A stretch of 64,000 bases of DNA, taken from NCBI GenBank assembly GCA_964016885.1, contig OZ024743.1, positions 79,174,001-79,238,000 on the forward strand, written 5' to 3'. This DNA is from Eledone cirrhosa. Taxonomy: Eukaryota. Position 1 is the first letter of the stretch; each line of letters starts with the position of its first letter. The position numbers and the translations under genes are program-made. Positions 39,510 to 54,080 of this stretch are shown here, in pieces. Below the pieces are notes generated by a model. That model had not been told where the DNA came from. It did no database searches and saw only the letters and a list, made by a program, of their open reading frames with translations.

Positions 39510-40175
39510 TCAACATCACTACCACCACCACCACTACCACCGCTACCACCACCACCACCACCACTACCACTGCCACCACCACTACCACCACCACCACCAC
39601 CACCACTACCACTGCCACCACCACTACCACCACCACCACCACTACCACCACCACCACCACCACCACCACCACCACCACCACCACTACCACTGCCACCACC
39701 ACTACCACCACCACTACCACTACCACCACCACTACCACCACCACTACCACCACCACCACCACCACAACGACCACCACCTCTAACACCACCACTATCACCA
39801 CAACCACAACCACCACCACCACCACCACCACCAACACCAACACCACCACCACCATCACCACTATCACCACCACCACCACCACCACCATCACCACTATCAC
39901 CACCACCACCACCACCACCACACCACCACTACCACCACCACTACCACCACCACCACCACCACAACGACCACCACCTCTAACACCACCACTATCACCACAA
40001 CCACAACCACCACCACCACCAACACCAACACCACCACCACTACCATCACCACCACCACCACAACCACCACCACCACCACCACCACTATCACCACCACCAC
40101 CACCACCACACCACCATCATCCACATCATCATCATCAATACCATCAATACCATCAACACCATCCTCATCATCATC
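39510..40175. repeat. (ACC/ACT)n trinucleotide tract
   Basis: Directly visible. Confidence 0.95.
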
Positions 40176-40377
40176 ATGTTTGTTAGCCCTCACTTACGCC
40201 CAGATACCGAACCATGAAAGACAGTAAATGTCATAGATTTTCTAAAAAATATATTCTTGTTAAAATCTTTGTTGACATATACTGGTAATGTAGTCCTGAC
40301 CTACTAGTATTAACTCAAGAAAGCATTTAACTGTTTCGGCTCAGAAGTTAAGGGCTAAATCATTTGCTTGAGAGGGG

Positions 40378-40876
40378 TTTCTTCTCTGAAGTGCTTCTGT
40401 TGTCCAGCTCTTCTGACAGTTTCTTCTCTGAAGACCTTCTGTTGTCTATCTTCCCAGAGAGTGTCTTCTCTGAAGACCTTCTGCTGTCTATCTCACCAGA
40501 GAGTGTCTTCTCTGAAGACCTTCTGCTGTCTATCTCCCCAGAGAGTGTCTTCTCTGAAGACCTTCTGTTGTCCGGCTCTCCTGACAGTTTCTTCTCTGAA
40601 GACCTTCTGCTGTCTATCTCCCCAGAGAGTTTCTCCTCTGAAGACCTTCTGTTGTCCAACTCTCCTGACAGTTTTTTCTCTGAAGGCCTTCTGCTGTCCA
40701 GCTCTTTTGACAGTGTCTTCTCTGAAGACCTTCTGCTGTCTATCTCCCAGAGAGTTTCTACTCTGAAGACCTTCTGTGTCTAGCTCTCCTGACAGTTTAT
40801 TCTCTGAAGACCTTCTGCTGTCCAGCTCTCCTGAGAGTGTCTTCTCTGAAGACCTTCTGTTGTCCAGCTCTCCTGA
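40378..40876. repeat. 42-bp minisatellite (~12 copies); stray monomer at ~41085-41115
   Basis: Unit TTCTCTGAAGACCTTCTGCTGTCTATCTCCCCAGAGAGTGTC with an alternative subtype ..CCAGCTCTCCTGACAGTTTC. Confidence 0.9.
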
Positions 40877-41421
40877 TATTTTTTTACCACTAAATTTGAA
40901 ATTATGGACGACGGAGAGGAGTTGCAGCTAGATCTCGTCAACAAAACTTCATAGGGTTTAAATACACGAGATATTTTAATGGATAAAAAGTCAACAGATG
41001 GGCACCCATGAGTTATAACTTGGATGCGGCCCGGCCCCCTTAGAAGGTAAGAAGCACTTGCTTGGGGTGGGGTGGGGTGGGTTTTCTTCTCTGAAGACCT
41101 GCTGTCCAGCTCCTCTTAGAGAATTTTACCACTAACTAGCGTCAGCACTAACACAACGTGATTCTTAATAAAGTTGTGTATGAACCTATATACAAGATGT
41201 TTATTATACGTAACGATAGTATATAGGTTCATATATACATTTGTTAAATAACTTATGTATGCTAGAGGGAACAAAGTGGCAAAGCCGTTAAAACATCGGA
41301 TAGAACCCTTTACGGTCTTCGTTCCAGGTCGGTGTACCCTGAGTCAAATCCTGTCAAAAGTCAACTTTGCCTTTCATCCTTTCGAGGTCGATAAATATAT
41401 TGGAAGTCGATTCTTCCTCTA

Positions 41422-41497
<76 letters not shown>

Positions 41498-42379
41498 CTG
41501 GTGTGTTCTGACTTAGAGAAGCGATGGGATCCGTTAAGTTTAAAATACTCAAAAAACGCTGTATGTGACTACGGTAGCTATTCCACGCCACTATGAGCTA
41601 CGGTACCTACCCTACGCCACTTAAGCTACGGTACCTATTCCACCCCACTATGAGCTACGGCACCTATTTTACCCCAATAAGATGTAGTGAAGATACGAGA
41701 CATTTAATCTCTATAAATTACCCCGTGGGGACAATATAGGATTCTGGGCTCGAACTCCTTTCCAGAAAATGAAAATATAATTAAAAACAAAATGTTTTTA
41801 CTCTAACAGTGGGAAGGTAATTTTATTCGTGAGTTTTATAAGGAATAATAATAATTGTTTCTACTTTTGGCACAAGGCCAGCAATTACCCAGTACATTAC
41901 TGGTACTTTATTTCATCGACCCCGTAAGGACGAAAGGCAAAGTTAAGCTTAGCGGATTTGAATGGCAAGGGCCGTAACTATGCGCCAAAGCATCGCGTCC
42001 GATCCTCTACCGGTACTGCCAAACCACCGCCCTTTATATGGAATAATAATTGTTTCTACTTTTGGCACAAGGCCAGCAATTACCCAGTCCATTACTGGTA
42101 CTTTATTTTATCGACCCTGTAAGGATGAAAGGCAAAGTTATACTCGGCGGGATTTGAATTCAGATCATAAAGGGGCGTAACTCTATGCTTCAAAGCATGG
42201 TGTCTGACTCGCTACCGATACTGCCAAGCCACCATATTCGATTCGTTTACAAGTATCATCTTTGTGCCCCCCCCCCCGTTTTAATACATATTCTAAAGAC
42301 TTAGCCATATAATATAATAGACATCACACCACCCAGTCTGTCTTTCCTATATTTTGAATAAAAAGAAACAAAAGCGATT

Positions 42380-42462
42380 TAGCAAGAGTGAGGTTCGAAC
42401 CCACACGGACATTCGTCTATTGGAACTTAAGTTCAACGCCTTAACCACTCGGCCATCGTGCT
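42380..42462 (-). tRNA. trnL-UAA: tRNA-Leu(TAA), possibly a pseudogene
   Basis: AGCACGATGGCCGAGTGGTTAAGGCGTTGAACTTAAGTTCCAATAGACGAATGTCCGTGTGGGTTCGAACCTCACTCTTGCTA. A and B boxes intact, long variable arm, downstream T-runs. Single mismatches in the acceptor, anticodon and variable stems. Confidence 0.8.
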
Positions 42463-43177
42463 ACAACAACTGACGACGCCTGAATAAGTCATCATGTTTC
42501 GTGGTTGTAGTTGACATCAGTTTTATGTTATTAGATGTTGATTAGTGCCACTAAACTTGACCTATTAGTTAAAGCCACTCCTTAGTCAAGTTGGCAGCCA
42601 AGGGAAGTTAAAGAAGGAATCTCTCCCAGTAATTACCAAACTTCTTAACCCCACTCAACCATGTCTACAGCTACACACACCTCTAGTATTGGTGCTGCTA
42701 AATTATATATATACCCGAACATGGAACCTCGTTCTTCCCCAAACTCTCACATTCACATCCACACACGAACATACTCACACGTACACCCACACACATACAC
42801 ACACACCACCCTCAGCCCCCCCCCCCCCCCACCCCTACACGCATCACGCCCTTTCACCACTTGTTTCATTTTAATATTCTTTGCCCTCTAAAAAAATGTT
42901 TTTCCTCCCTCCTCCTCTTTTAATGTCTTTCCACCACTCCCCCTCACACCCTCGGAACTCTTTTCGTTCCCATTTTTTTCCTGGTGAAGGGCTTATGCTC
43001 GAAACGTCGTGCCCCCCCCCCCCCACTCTCAAGCGTGAACCTTAAATTAATACTTTGTACTGCCTCTTCGCTTCGTTTTTGTTATTTTGTTGTCTGTTTG
43101 CACTATAATATATATATATATATATATATTATAAAATAACAGGAGGCTGGAGTGGTGTAATTCCTTAAAGGTTTATT

Positions 43178-43235
43178 ATACTATGAACATTTCAATGACC
43201 GGGTTCAGTATGAATCCGATGATATCATCAGGTAT
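43178..43235 (-). ncRNA. Hammerhead variant (family of 49835-49892)
   Basis: ATAC-CTGATGA-..TCGGATTCA(TAC)TGAACCCGG..-GAAA-TGTTCA-TA-GTAT. Confidence 0.6.
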
Positions 43236-43361
43236 TCCGAAATTTATCCGACAAAGGAATATAACAATAGACACAATCCAAGGGGGTGAAAGCAGAGAGA
43301 GATGCCCAAGATGAGAAGGCGGCCAAAAATTAACAGTTGCTAGTCCGGGCGGCCACCTTCA

Positions 43362-44140
<779 letters not shown>

Positions 44141-44650
44141 ATATATATGATTTCTTTTGAATCAAACAGTTCTAGTCCTGTAGAAGCCATTTCTACAATT
44201 AAACTTGGTATACTCTTTTACTCTTTTACCTGTTCCAGCTGAGGCCATGCTGGGCACCATCCTTGTTGCTTCACCTTCTATACCCAACCTACGTTGGTTA
44301 GGTGTTGATGTAGGGAGGAGTTCATTGTTGCCATCCTTTGGTTACCTTCATTCTGTGCTGTGGGTTCATCGGGGATCTTGGATAGCAGAGTGTCAAGATA
44401 TTTCTGGAAAACATCCACGTCCACACCTTGTAGATCTCTCAAGTTTCTTGGCAGCTTACAGAGATGCGGGTGGGGGGGGGGGGGTGACTTATACAGAACT
44501 AGAACTGATCCATTCGTAAAATGATGATGATGGCGATACTGTTTGTTTTATTGTGTCTATGTGTATGTGTGTATGTGCGTGTGTATATGTGTGTGTGTGT
44601 GTATGTGTGTGTGTGTATGTGTGTATGTGTGTGTGTGTGTGTGTATGTGC

Positions 44651-44681
<31 letters not shown>

Positions 44682-45264
44682 TATGTGTGTATGTGTGTAT
44701 GTGTGTGTGTTTGTGTGTGTGCGTGTGTGTGTGATATCGAACAATGGTCTAATATTAATATAAACAATATTTGTTTCTACTTTTGGCACAAGGCCAGCAA
44801 TTATCCCAGTGTATTACTGGTACTTTATTTTATTGACCCCATAAGGATGAAAGGCAAAGTTAACCTCGGCGGGATTTGAACTTAGAATTTAAAGAATCCA
44901 TAATGTTGATTATATAGCAGAGAATTATACAACGTCATTTCACGTGAACTCTGTGTGTGTACTTGCTTGTGTATATATGTGTAGGTATGTGTCTATGTGT
45001 TTATGTATCTGGGTGCGTATATATATATATGTGTGTGTGTATGTGTGTGTGCCTTTATATATGTATATATATATGTGTCTGTATATCTGTCTATACATGT
45101 GTCTCTCTCTATATATATATGTATGTGTGTGTTTTGTTACTTTAACTGAAGATATCATTTCCTGTTGATATATTTCTATATTTGATGAGTCATCATAAAG
45201 ATGAAACAGCAATGGCGCCACACAATCAGCACCGTAATGTGGTTAGGTGAAGCTCTTGCAGTAG

Positions 45265-45878
45265 ACACAGCAACAACAACTGCAGCAACAACTACAACAA
45301 CAACTACAGCAACAGCAACAACTACAATAACAGCAGCAGCAACAACAACAACAACAATAGCAACAGCAGCAGCAGCAGTAACAACCACAGCAACAACAAT
45401 AACAATAACAACAACAACAACAACAACACCAACACCACCACCAACAGCAGCAGCAGTAACAACCACAGCAACAGCAATAACAACAACAACAACAACACCA
45501 ACACCACCACCAACAGCAGCAGCAGTAACAACCACAGCAACAACAATAACAATAACAACAGCAACACCACCACCAACAGCAGCAGCAGTAACAACAACAG
45601 CATCACCACCACCAACAGCAGCAACAGTAACAACCACAGCAACAACAATAACAATAACAACACCAACACCACCACCAACAGCAGCAGCAGTAACAACAAC
45701 AGCAACACCACCACCAACAGCAGCAGCAGTAACAACCACAGCAACAACAATAACAACAACAACACAACACCAACACCACCACCAACAGCAGCAGCAGTAA
45801 CAACCACAGCAACAACAACAACAACAACAACACCAACACCAACACCACCACCAACAGCAGCAGCAGTAACAACCACAG

Positions 45879-45913
<35 letters not shown>

Positions 45914-46047
45914 CCAACACCACCACCAACAGCAGCAGCAGTAACAACCACAGCAACAACAATAACAATAACAACAACAACAACAACAACACCAACACCA
46001 CCACCAACAGCAGCAGCAGTAACAACCACAGCAACAACAATAACAAT

Positions 46048-46078
<31 letters not shown>

Positions 46079-46413
46079 CCAACACCACCATCAACAGCAG
46101 CAGCAGTAACAACCACAGCAACAGCAGCAATAACAACAACAACAGCAACACCACCACCAACAGCAGCAGCAGTAACAACCACAGCAACAACAATAACAAC
46201 AACAACACAACACCAACACCACCACCAACAGCAGCAGCAGTAACAACCACAGCAACAACAATAACAACAACAGCAACAGCAACGACAACAGTAACAACAC
46301 CACCAACAACAACAGCAGCAGCAGCAATAACAGCAGCAGCAGCAATAAGAACAGCAGCAGCAGCAACAACAACAACAACCGCAGCAGCAACAACAATATT
46401 AACAACAACAACA

Positions 46414-46444
<31 letters not shown>

Positions 46445-46465
46445 CAATATTAACAACAACAACAC
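45265..46465. repeat. CAA/CAG/CCA trinucleotide-based compound repeat
   Basis: Recurrent unit CCACCACCAACAGCAGCAGCAGTAACAACCACAGCAACAACAATAACA with variable (CAA)n. Confidence 0.9.
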
Positions 46466-46623
46466 TGCAATATATTAATGTGTTGATTGTGTCAGAAACA
46501 GAAGAAAGCAAAAAAAAATTACCTTTTCTGCAATATTGCAAAACATTTCGTAACAATGACGTCACCCTATTGCCCTATTGATGTACTGGCATATTCTGTT
46601 GGTGTGTGTATGTATGTATATAT

Positions 46624-47240
46624 GTCAGGTCACCAGTTGGTGCTACTAGTAACATGTATTCCAGTACAACCTGTCCCAAGGTCGGGCCGTTGGCGACTAA
46701 ACTGGCAACCCCACCAAGGTTTCTTGGTGAGGAGGGTGACTTTGGACATCCTGCAGGACTAAAAACAAAACCTGTCAAAGGGCAAAGGAACTCTAAAGAG
46801 TCAATGGCCATCCAAAATCGCCGGGATAGATGGCCACTTAGCCTTTGTCAAGGCAGAATTCTAGGAGAAGGAAAACTCTGATATAACACCTGCAGCCCTG
46901 ATGGTATCCAATGATGTTGACTTGTTCTTCTTTTTGGTAAATATCATCTTGGTTAAGAGAGTGGTACTGGCTTTGTGCAGTGCCTTTGCTCACTATAAAA
47001 GCTTCACGGCACAGGCATTGCTTTATATCTGGAGATCTCTCTGTACTTGTCATCACATGGTACAATTATTGACACATAGTGCTGGCACTATGTGTCAATA
47101 ATTGTCACAAGTGTAGTGTTTGTAACAGAGTTTTCAAGTCGCTGGCTGGACTAAAAAGTGACACTCGTTCAGCGCATCGGAAGGGGTTCTCCTACATGGA
47201 TATAAAGTGGTGGCCGTACTCGAAAACGAGTTGGCAGCCA

Positions 47241-47244
<4 letters not shown>
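46624..47244 (+). mobile_element. Apparently full-length ~620-bp RTE-derived bipartite element (family C)
   Basis: RTE-5'UTR-like segment (CTAGGAGAAGGAAAACTCTG, by recollection) fused to a C2H2 remnant CHKCSVCNRVFKSLAGLKS and a 3' CTCG-AAAA-CGAG stem-loop. No Pol III boxes seen. Confidence 0.6.
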
Positions 47245-47301
<57 letters not shown>

Positions 47302-47345
47302 TATATATATATGTATGTATATATATGTATATATATATATGTGTG

Positions 47346-47418
<73 letters not shown>

Positions 47419-47579
47419 CTTATGGTAGCTAAGATGCGTCTATAGGCGGCATGCCGGTTGAGCACTCTATGCTCCTACGGAGCAGAGTATGATAGAATGG
47501 AAAACCAAAAATCAGTGATGCATTGGAACTCAATTTATTGCGAACCCCGAGAAAGAGGATCTGCTCCGAAATCAATAGA

Positions 47580-47669
47580 CGTGTCTGAGGAACCTGTGAA
47601 TCCAGAGTCAGGTCGATCCACACACAGATCGCTCCTCGAGCTGTTCGCCGGGGAAACAATTGTAATACG
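47580..47669 (+). ncRNA. Type-I hammerhead with long stem II, inside a 27-bp inverted repeat (47494-47520 / 47673-47699)
   Basis: CGTGT-CTGAGGA-A-CCTGTGAA...TTCGCCGG-G-GAAA-CAATTG-TA-ATACG. Palindromic stem III and GUA triplet. Confidence 0.75.
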
Positions 47670-47693
47670 CATCATCACTGATTTTTCGTTTTC

Positions 47694-47765
<72 letters not shown>

Positions 47766-47826
47766 TCAGCGAGAATCGTATTTTGGCTGGAAGAAAAAGC
47801 GAAACGAAACGCAAAATCGTTGAAAT

Positions 47827-47983
<157 letters not shown>

Positions 47984-49070
47984 TGTTGTATCATGCTGCT
48001 ATTTCTTGCAACATGAAATTCAACGAGTCTATAATTCCCGCTTTTTCTAACGGCCCATTTGTGTGTAGGTCATTTTAACGGCTTGATTCATTCACCGGGG
48101 AGAAGGCGATACAACTACATCTACCTGGATTTATATCTAGTAGATTTGGAAAAGCTATCTGAAGAGCTATATCTTTCCATTGGAAATTCTCTGAATTTCC
48201 AATCTTTTGATAAGCGAAACGGTCGGTCATGGCACTAGAAGAGGTAAATATTTAAATCGTATTTTAATTTATTTAAAAGATTGTTTAATGTTTAATTGTT
48301 CCGCTCATATATATATATATATATATATATTAGAAAGTGAGGTTTTTTTTACAAAATGAAAAATAACCGAGGTGTCCTACACGAGTGAAAGTATAAAGAA
48401 AAAAAGATGAAATCGAAAATGCAACTGGAGTCTTATTTAAAAAAAAATATATATATTTATTTGGTTCCTTTACCGGTTTCGCAGTTCTTCTGCTTTTCAA
48501 AAGTAGGGTTGAGATGGAGGGTCTGTGGTTTTTCTCACATCTGGTTGGTCTCTGAATGTTACTTGTTTTATATGGAAAAAGTGGCTCGAAATGCCAGGTT
48601 TTTCGAGAAGTAATTTTATTGGTTATCAATAATTATAATAAATTTCGCGCCAGTTCGCGTTACAAAGTTCTTAAAACAAGGGGGGGGGGTCACAGGTGGT
48701 TTTTTCATATATGAGTGTTTGAATTTCTTTTTACTTAAAAAAAGGGTGCTCACGAAGGATTTTTTTTTAATAAACGTAGTTTGATTGGTTATAAATGAAA
48801 TTATGGCTGTCACGTGAACAGGTTTTCATTAAATTTTCGCGCCCTTATTTGGAAATCCATTCTGTAACCTTTTTAGAGAATTTTATGATAAGTAAAAGAT
48901 AATGGTCAAGAGAAATGGGATGGGAGAATTGTTCTGGTTCAGTGAATATGGTTAGTTCGCTGGGGTGTCAGAATTCAGATTTTCTATTGAATAAAGAAAG
49001 TAAAGATATGTATGTTTATTTGTGTGCTTGTGTGTGTGTGTGTTTGAATGTTTTTTTACCTAAATATATA

Positions 49071-49146
<76 letters not shown>

Positions 49147-49247
49147 TATATATATAGTGATAATAATAAATATGAAGACTAAAATCCAAACAGGGCTCGA
49201 TAAGGATAAATATATATCAAATATATAAGAACCCTAGAGCAAATATT

Positions 49248-49390
49248 TATTAAAATAACAGATTAAAGTTTAAGCAAAGAATCGGTGCTTTCACCCTTAA
49301 CGGGATCTTCTGAAACTCTGAGTTTCAGAAGATCCCGTTAAGGGTGAAAGCAGCGATTCTTTGCTTAAACTTTAATCTGTTATTTTAATA
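49248..49390. repeat. 71-bp-arm hairpin with a decayed HHR-like core
   Basis: Arms 49248-49318 / 49320-49390 with a 1-nt centre. Contains CAGAAGA-T-CCC(GTTAA)GGG-T-GAAA. Confidence 0.8.
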
Positions 49391-49545
49391 TATATATATA
49401 TATATTTAGATTTGTTGGTTCACCACTGGATAGAACTGGTCATTCTGTATAGTCAATCTCGATGTAATATTATGGAGAGCACTGAACGTAATGCAACTCA
49501 CCCGTCTTCGTTTGTGTAGTTGATGGTACGAGTACGGAGTTAATT

Positions 49546-50041
<496 letters not shown>

Positions 50042-50108
50042 GTGGTGGAACACTGGAAGGTAATATCCGTAGTGGTAGAGCACTCAGGCCATGGGACGAG
50101 TTAGGTAG

Positions 50109-50251
50109 AAGTGGTTACACAACAGTTAGTTCACCATACCGAGAACAATTGTTTAACCTTAGCGGATCCTCAGCTCGGAATCCCGAGCTGAGGATTCGCT
50201 AAGGTGAAACAATTGCTCTCGGCATGGTGAACTAACTGTTGTGTAACCACT

Positions 50252-50252
<1 letters not shown>
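50109..50252. mobile_element. Fold-back hairpin with a hammerhead in each arm (plus copy 50183-50222)
   Basis: Consensus of the two arms is CCGAG-CTGAGGA-T-CC(GCTAA)GG-T-GAAA-CAATTG-TT-CTCGG. Confidence 0.75.
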
Positions 50253-50324
<72 letters not shown>

Positions 50325-50559
50325 GTTTAAATTTGGTGTCTTACCACTGGGTAGAATTGGTCATTCTGCAATTTTAGCCATAACGTAATACGAGAAAAGC
50401 CCTCGACGTTATGCAACTCATCCATCTCCGATGTTGAAACATGTTGGTGATGCGAGAACGGAGTAAATGTATTATAAATTGAAATGACAGGAGGCCAAAT
50501 ATGTTGAGTTTCCTTAATCTTTTGTTTCTGCAAACACTATACACATTTCAGTGACCAGG

Positions 50560-51350
50560 TTGAGGCTGGGCTTGATTTTACTCCTTCGACTACAACATGC
50601 TGGGCTCTGTCTTTCAGGAAACACTTGATCCACTGTACTAACTCTCCAGAGGCACCAATTTTGGATAGTTCTTTCAATAGAATCTTATGATCAACCCTGT
50701 CAAAGGCCTTGCTGAAATCAAGGTAGATGACATCAGTGTTCGAGCCCTCTCCCAAAGCTCTCAAAATATCATCAAAATGATGCAGGAGCTTCATTAGGCA
50801 GTGCCTTCCATTACGGAACCCATGTTGGCTGGAGTTCAGCAGGCCGTTGCTTTCAAGAAAGTGGGTTATTCGAGATCTCACCACCCTCTCAAATACCTTG
50901 ATAATATGAGAGGTGAGTGAGATCGGACGGTAGTTCACTGCAAGGGACTTACTTCCCTTTTTGAAGACTGGGACATGGACTGGGACAGAAAATTTTCAGG
51001 AATATAGCCAGCATCCAGTGAGTTCCTCCACAGATTAGTAAGAGGAGATGCAAGTTGGTGTCGACACCCCTTCAGGACACAAGCAGGGGACCTATCGGGG
51101 CCAGCTGCTGAATTGTGTTTAATTTCGTTTATTGTCGTTAAGAAATCAGGGTCGCCAAACGTTATGTCCGATATAGTGTGTTGGGGATTAACATCACTGA
51201 TACGGCCCAGATCAGACATATCAAGATTGCTGAAAACAGAGCAGTATTGTTTCTGCAGTATCTCACCCATGGTTTTGGCATTATCTTGGAGTGTGCCATT
51301 TTCTTCAATTAGAGGGCCAACAGTGGAGACAGTGACCTTGTGTTTTTTTG
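50560..51350 (-). pseudogene. CR1-clade LINE reverse transcriptase fragment (frameshifted, 3'-truncated)
   Basis: SAAGPD, NYRPISLTSHIIKVFERVV, QHGFR, VIYLDFSKAFDRVDH, WIKCFLKDRAQHVVVEG. Confidence 0.9.
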
Positions 51351-51548
51351 CAAGTAAAAGAACACTTTGGGGTTGGGTTTGATTTTCTCAATGGCCCATT
51401 TCTCCTCAGCTGTTCTTTGGTTATTGATGATGGTCTTCATGCATTGTTGAAGGTTATTTTTCTGTTATTCAAGCAGTGCGATAGCCGCCGAATGTGTGTG
51501 TGTTGCTGTCGGCAGTATTTTAGGTTGTTATTTTTTTTTGTTTGTTTG

Positions 51549-52690
51549 TTATTTGAATTGGATCTTCCACTTTTTGCGTATTGATGGATGGGCTGACACA
51601 TTGTGTATAGAGTAGAAATGTGTAGTGGCTGGATTTGACTGTTGCAGTGGGCTTGTTTTGTGACAGCAATGTGGGGGGGGGGGGGGGGGGGGGCAGGGGC
51701 ACTGGAGTAATATCATAGGATGGTGTTGGTTGATGGTTAAAAGGTTTTTTTGTATCTCTTTTGTCAGGTTCAACATGGCTAAAAAAGAATGTTCCTGTTT
51801 AGGGAGCAGTTTTTGACTGGAATTGTGGTTACACTGTTGGATAGGGTTGTAGTTGCCTCTTTTGTTGTATTTGTGTCTTCGTGAAAAGACTGGACCAGCA
51901 TTACTGCAGCAGGGGGTGTTTTTACTGCGGTTTGTGTGTTGGCTTGGAGCCCCTTTTCTGTTAGTACGTTGGATCCCTGGAAGATGAGTGAAGGGACAGT
52001 CACGCAGCAGACATAGTCTCTCGCGTTGGGAATATCGGCAGATTTTGGGACGCCGACTTATGCGTGTTTTAGCGTTTAATTTACTATTTGGTGGTGTTGA
52101 TGTTGATGTTATTGTGGGAAGCGTGCTTTGGCGTTGGCTGGCAGTGTGTGTGTGTCTACTGCCAGGTAAAAGTGTGAAGATGCAGTCGCTACGTGTGCAG
52201 AGCCTCTGACGTAGTGAGTAGCGGCATATTTTGGGGTTTCTTGTTTGTGTCGGGGGGGGGGGGGGGCATTCAACTTCATAGATTTTTAAAGGTTTTTTTA
52301 TACTACTGCATGACTGTTGGTTTATTATTGTTAGTTGGCGTGGTAGAAGACGATGGCGGCAGCGGTAGTGATGATGATGATGATGACTGTGGTGGTTGCT
52401 GTAAGAGTGGTGAACAGATACTATCATTCAGTAAATCAGCTAATATGCTGGAATTTAGGAGTGGTTCTTCCTGTTGTTGCCGTGGCTGTTCTTGATTTTC
52501 TGGCTGCTGTTGTTCTTGTGGCTGTTGTTGTTGTGTTTCACCAATATTTGAAGAGGAAATATATCGAAGTTTTTCAAAATGGCTTTGAATTAGTTTGAAA
52601 GAGACTTCAATATGTTTAAGTTTGCTGTGTATCTGCTTAACAGGCCACTTGTTGAGTGTTTGCGCTGTTTTGTCCGGCAATCTCATTCAG
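51549..52690 (-). pseudogene. Probable ORF1 of the CR1 element with two CCCH-type fingers
   Basis: KICRYSLRQRLCTRSDCIFTLLPG and KICRYSQRERLCLLRDCPFTHLPG (C-x8-C-x4-C-x3-H), upstream of the RT on the same strand. Confidence 0.55.
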
Positions 52691-53029
52691 TCACGAAGCG
52701 TTGTTTTTTTGTTTGGGAGAGAGAAAGCCATGTGGTTATTAAGAGGTCAATTTCACTATCAGACCAATTTCATCTGTTGTAAGCCTGCTGGTTAGTAGCC
52801 AATCCATATAAGGATCGATCGACTTTTGTCAAATCGGACCGAGGAGACAATGTTTCTGTTGGTTTTTCCAATCGGTAGTACTATCTATCGGTCGTAACTC
52901 CAGGTAGAAGGAGCAACGTGAAATAAAGTGTCTTGCTCAAGGACATAACGCATCACCTGGTCCAGGAATCGAACTCACAACCTCACGATTGCGAATCCAA
53001 TTCTCTAACCACTCAGTGGGTAGAAAGCC

Positions 53030-53131
<102 letters not shown>

Positions 53132-53300
53132 GAAGAATTAGTATATCTACCAACATATTTATACAGATGTATACATACGCTAGCAAAGATATAGGTTTTG
53201 CCTTAGTAACTTTGTGGTTCAATACAAAGAGATGTAAAACAATTATATAAAAGACGTAAAGCAAGAAAATTATACTAATTAACTTACTTACTTAAATTTC

Positions 53301-53382
53301 ACTCCAACTAATTAGTTTCTGAAAGGGGATATACATAGTCTTCAAATGGAGACCATGGAGAATCCTTTCGTCACCAGGGAGT
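53301..53382 (-). ncRNA. Hammerhead variant with A6>G (family of 2531-2613)
   Basis: ACTCC-CTGGTGA-C-GAAAGG..CCTTTC-A-GAAA-CTAATTAG-TT-GGAGT. Confidence 0.6.
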
Positions 53383-53760
53383 CATTCTCGGCTAAGATTC
53401 CTGGCAATACGCGGACACAGGGAACTTATACAAAAATAATTCAATGGATGGAAAAAAGCAAGCGCGGACTAAATTCCAAGACATTGAAAATTTCACTGCC
53501 TTCCTGGTCAGTGGCAAATTCAAAAGAATCAATCACGTGACATCGAGGTTAATCAGAGAGGAGTGGGGTGTTAAAAAGACAGTAGCCAAACTAATACTAT
53601 GAACCATAGTAGTAATTTAGGCAAATTTTTGCTCAACAAAATAATTTGTGTCCAAATATCACCCCCTCACCAAGCAAGCAAACATACACACGTGCAGGGT
53701 GGATGAAAACTCGGCTAAGAGTATTGCAATCGCTTGTCAGATTACATACATACATACAAA

Positions 53761-54080
53761 CATGATGGCTACAACTCGATTTCAAGTAATTCCATCGCTT
53801 GATACTTAAGCATGAACATCACGGACGTGGCTTTTTAGTCCTGCTCGGGACTTGCCTGTGGCCGGCAATACCATGTATCGCAAAAAATGGGACATATCAA
53901 GCGAAGCCTGTGCTTGAAGCTTTTTTAAGTGAAGGAAGTCTTTGCACAGAGCCAATCTCACTCTCTGAACATTGAATCCATTTACCCATAAAGAAGAACT
54001 AGTCTACATCATTGGATGTAAACGAAGTCGCAGGTTTTATATCAGAGTGACCTTCTCCTAGAGAGATGTCTTAAGACTAG
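53761..54080 (-). mobile_element. RTE-derived element family E
   Basis: Homologous to 2930-3053 and more distantly to families C and D. (TACA)n flanks. Confidence 0.55.

Noticed and set aside
40360-40783. 14-aa repeat ORFs on both strands
   Set aside because: A 42-bp minisatellite open in several frames by composition. A stray monomer nearby argues against an exon.
45201-46465. Mucin-like Thr/Ala/Pro ORF
   Set aside because: A trinucleotide-derived repeat with frame-breaking indels and no splice or domain evidence.
46655-46705. HDV-like or twister ribozyme fit
   Set aside because: CCAGT/CTAA-ACTGG and GTCCCAAG are suggestive, but P1/P3 (HDV) and P1/P2 (twister) could not be assembled. Kept only as an unassigned structure.
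48159-48200. CTGAAGA...GAAA
   Set aside because: No stem I or II pairing. It is more likely part of an old DNA-transposon fragment.
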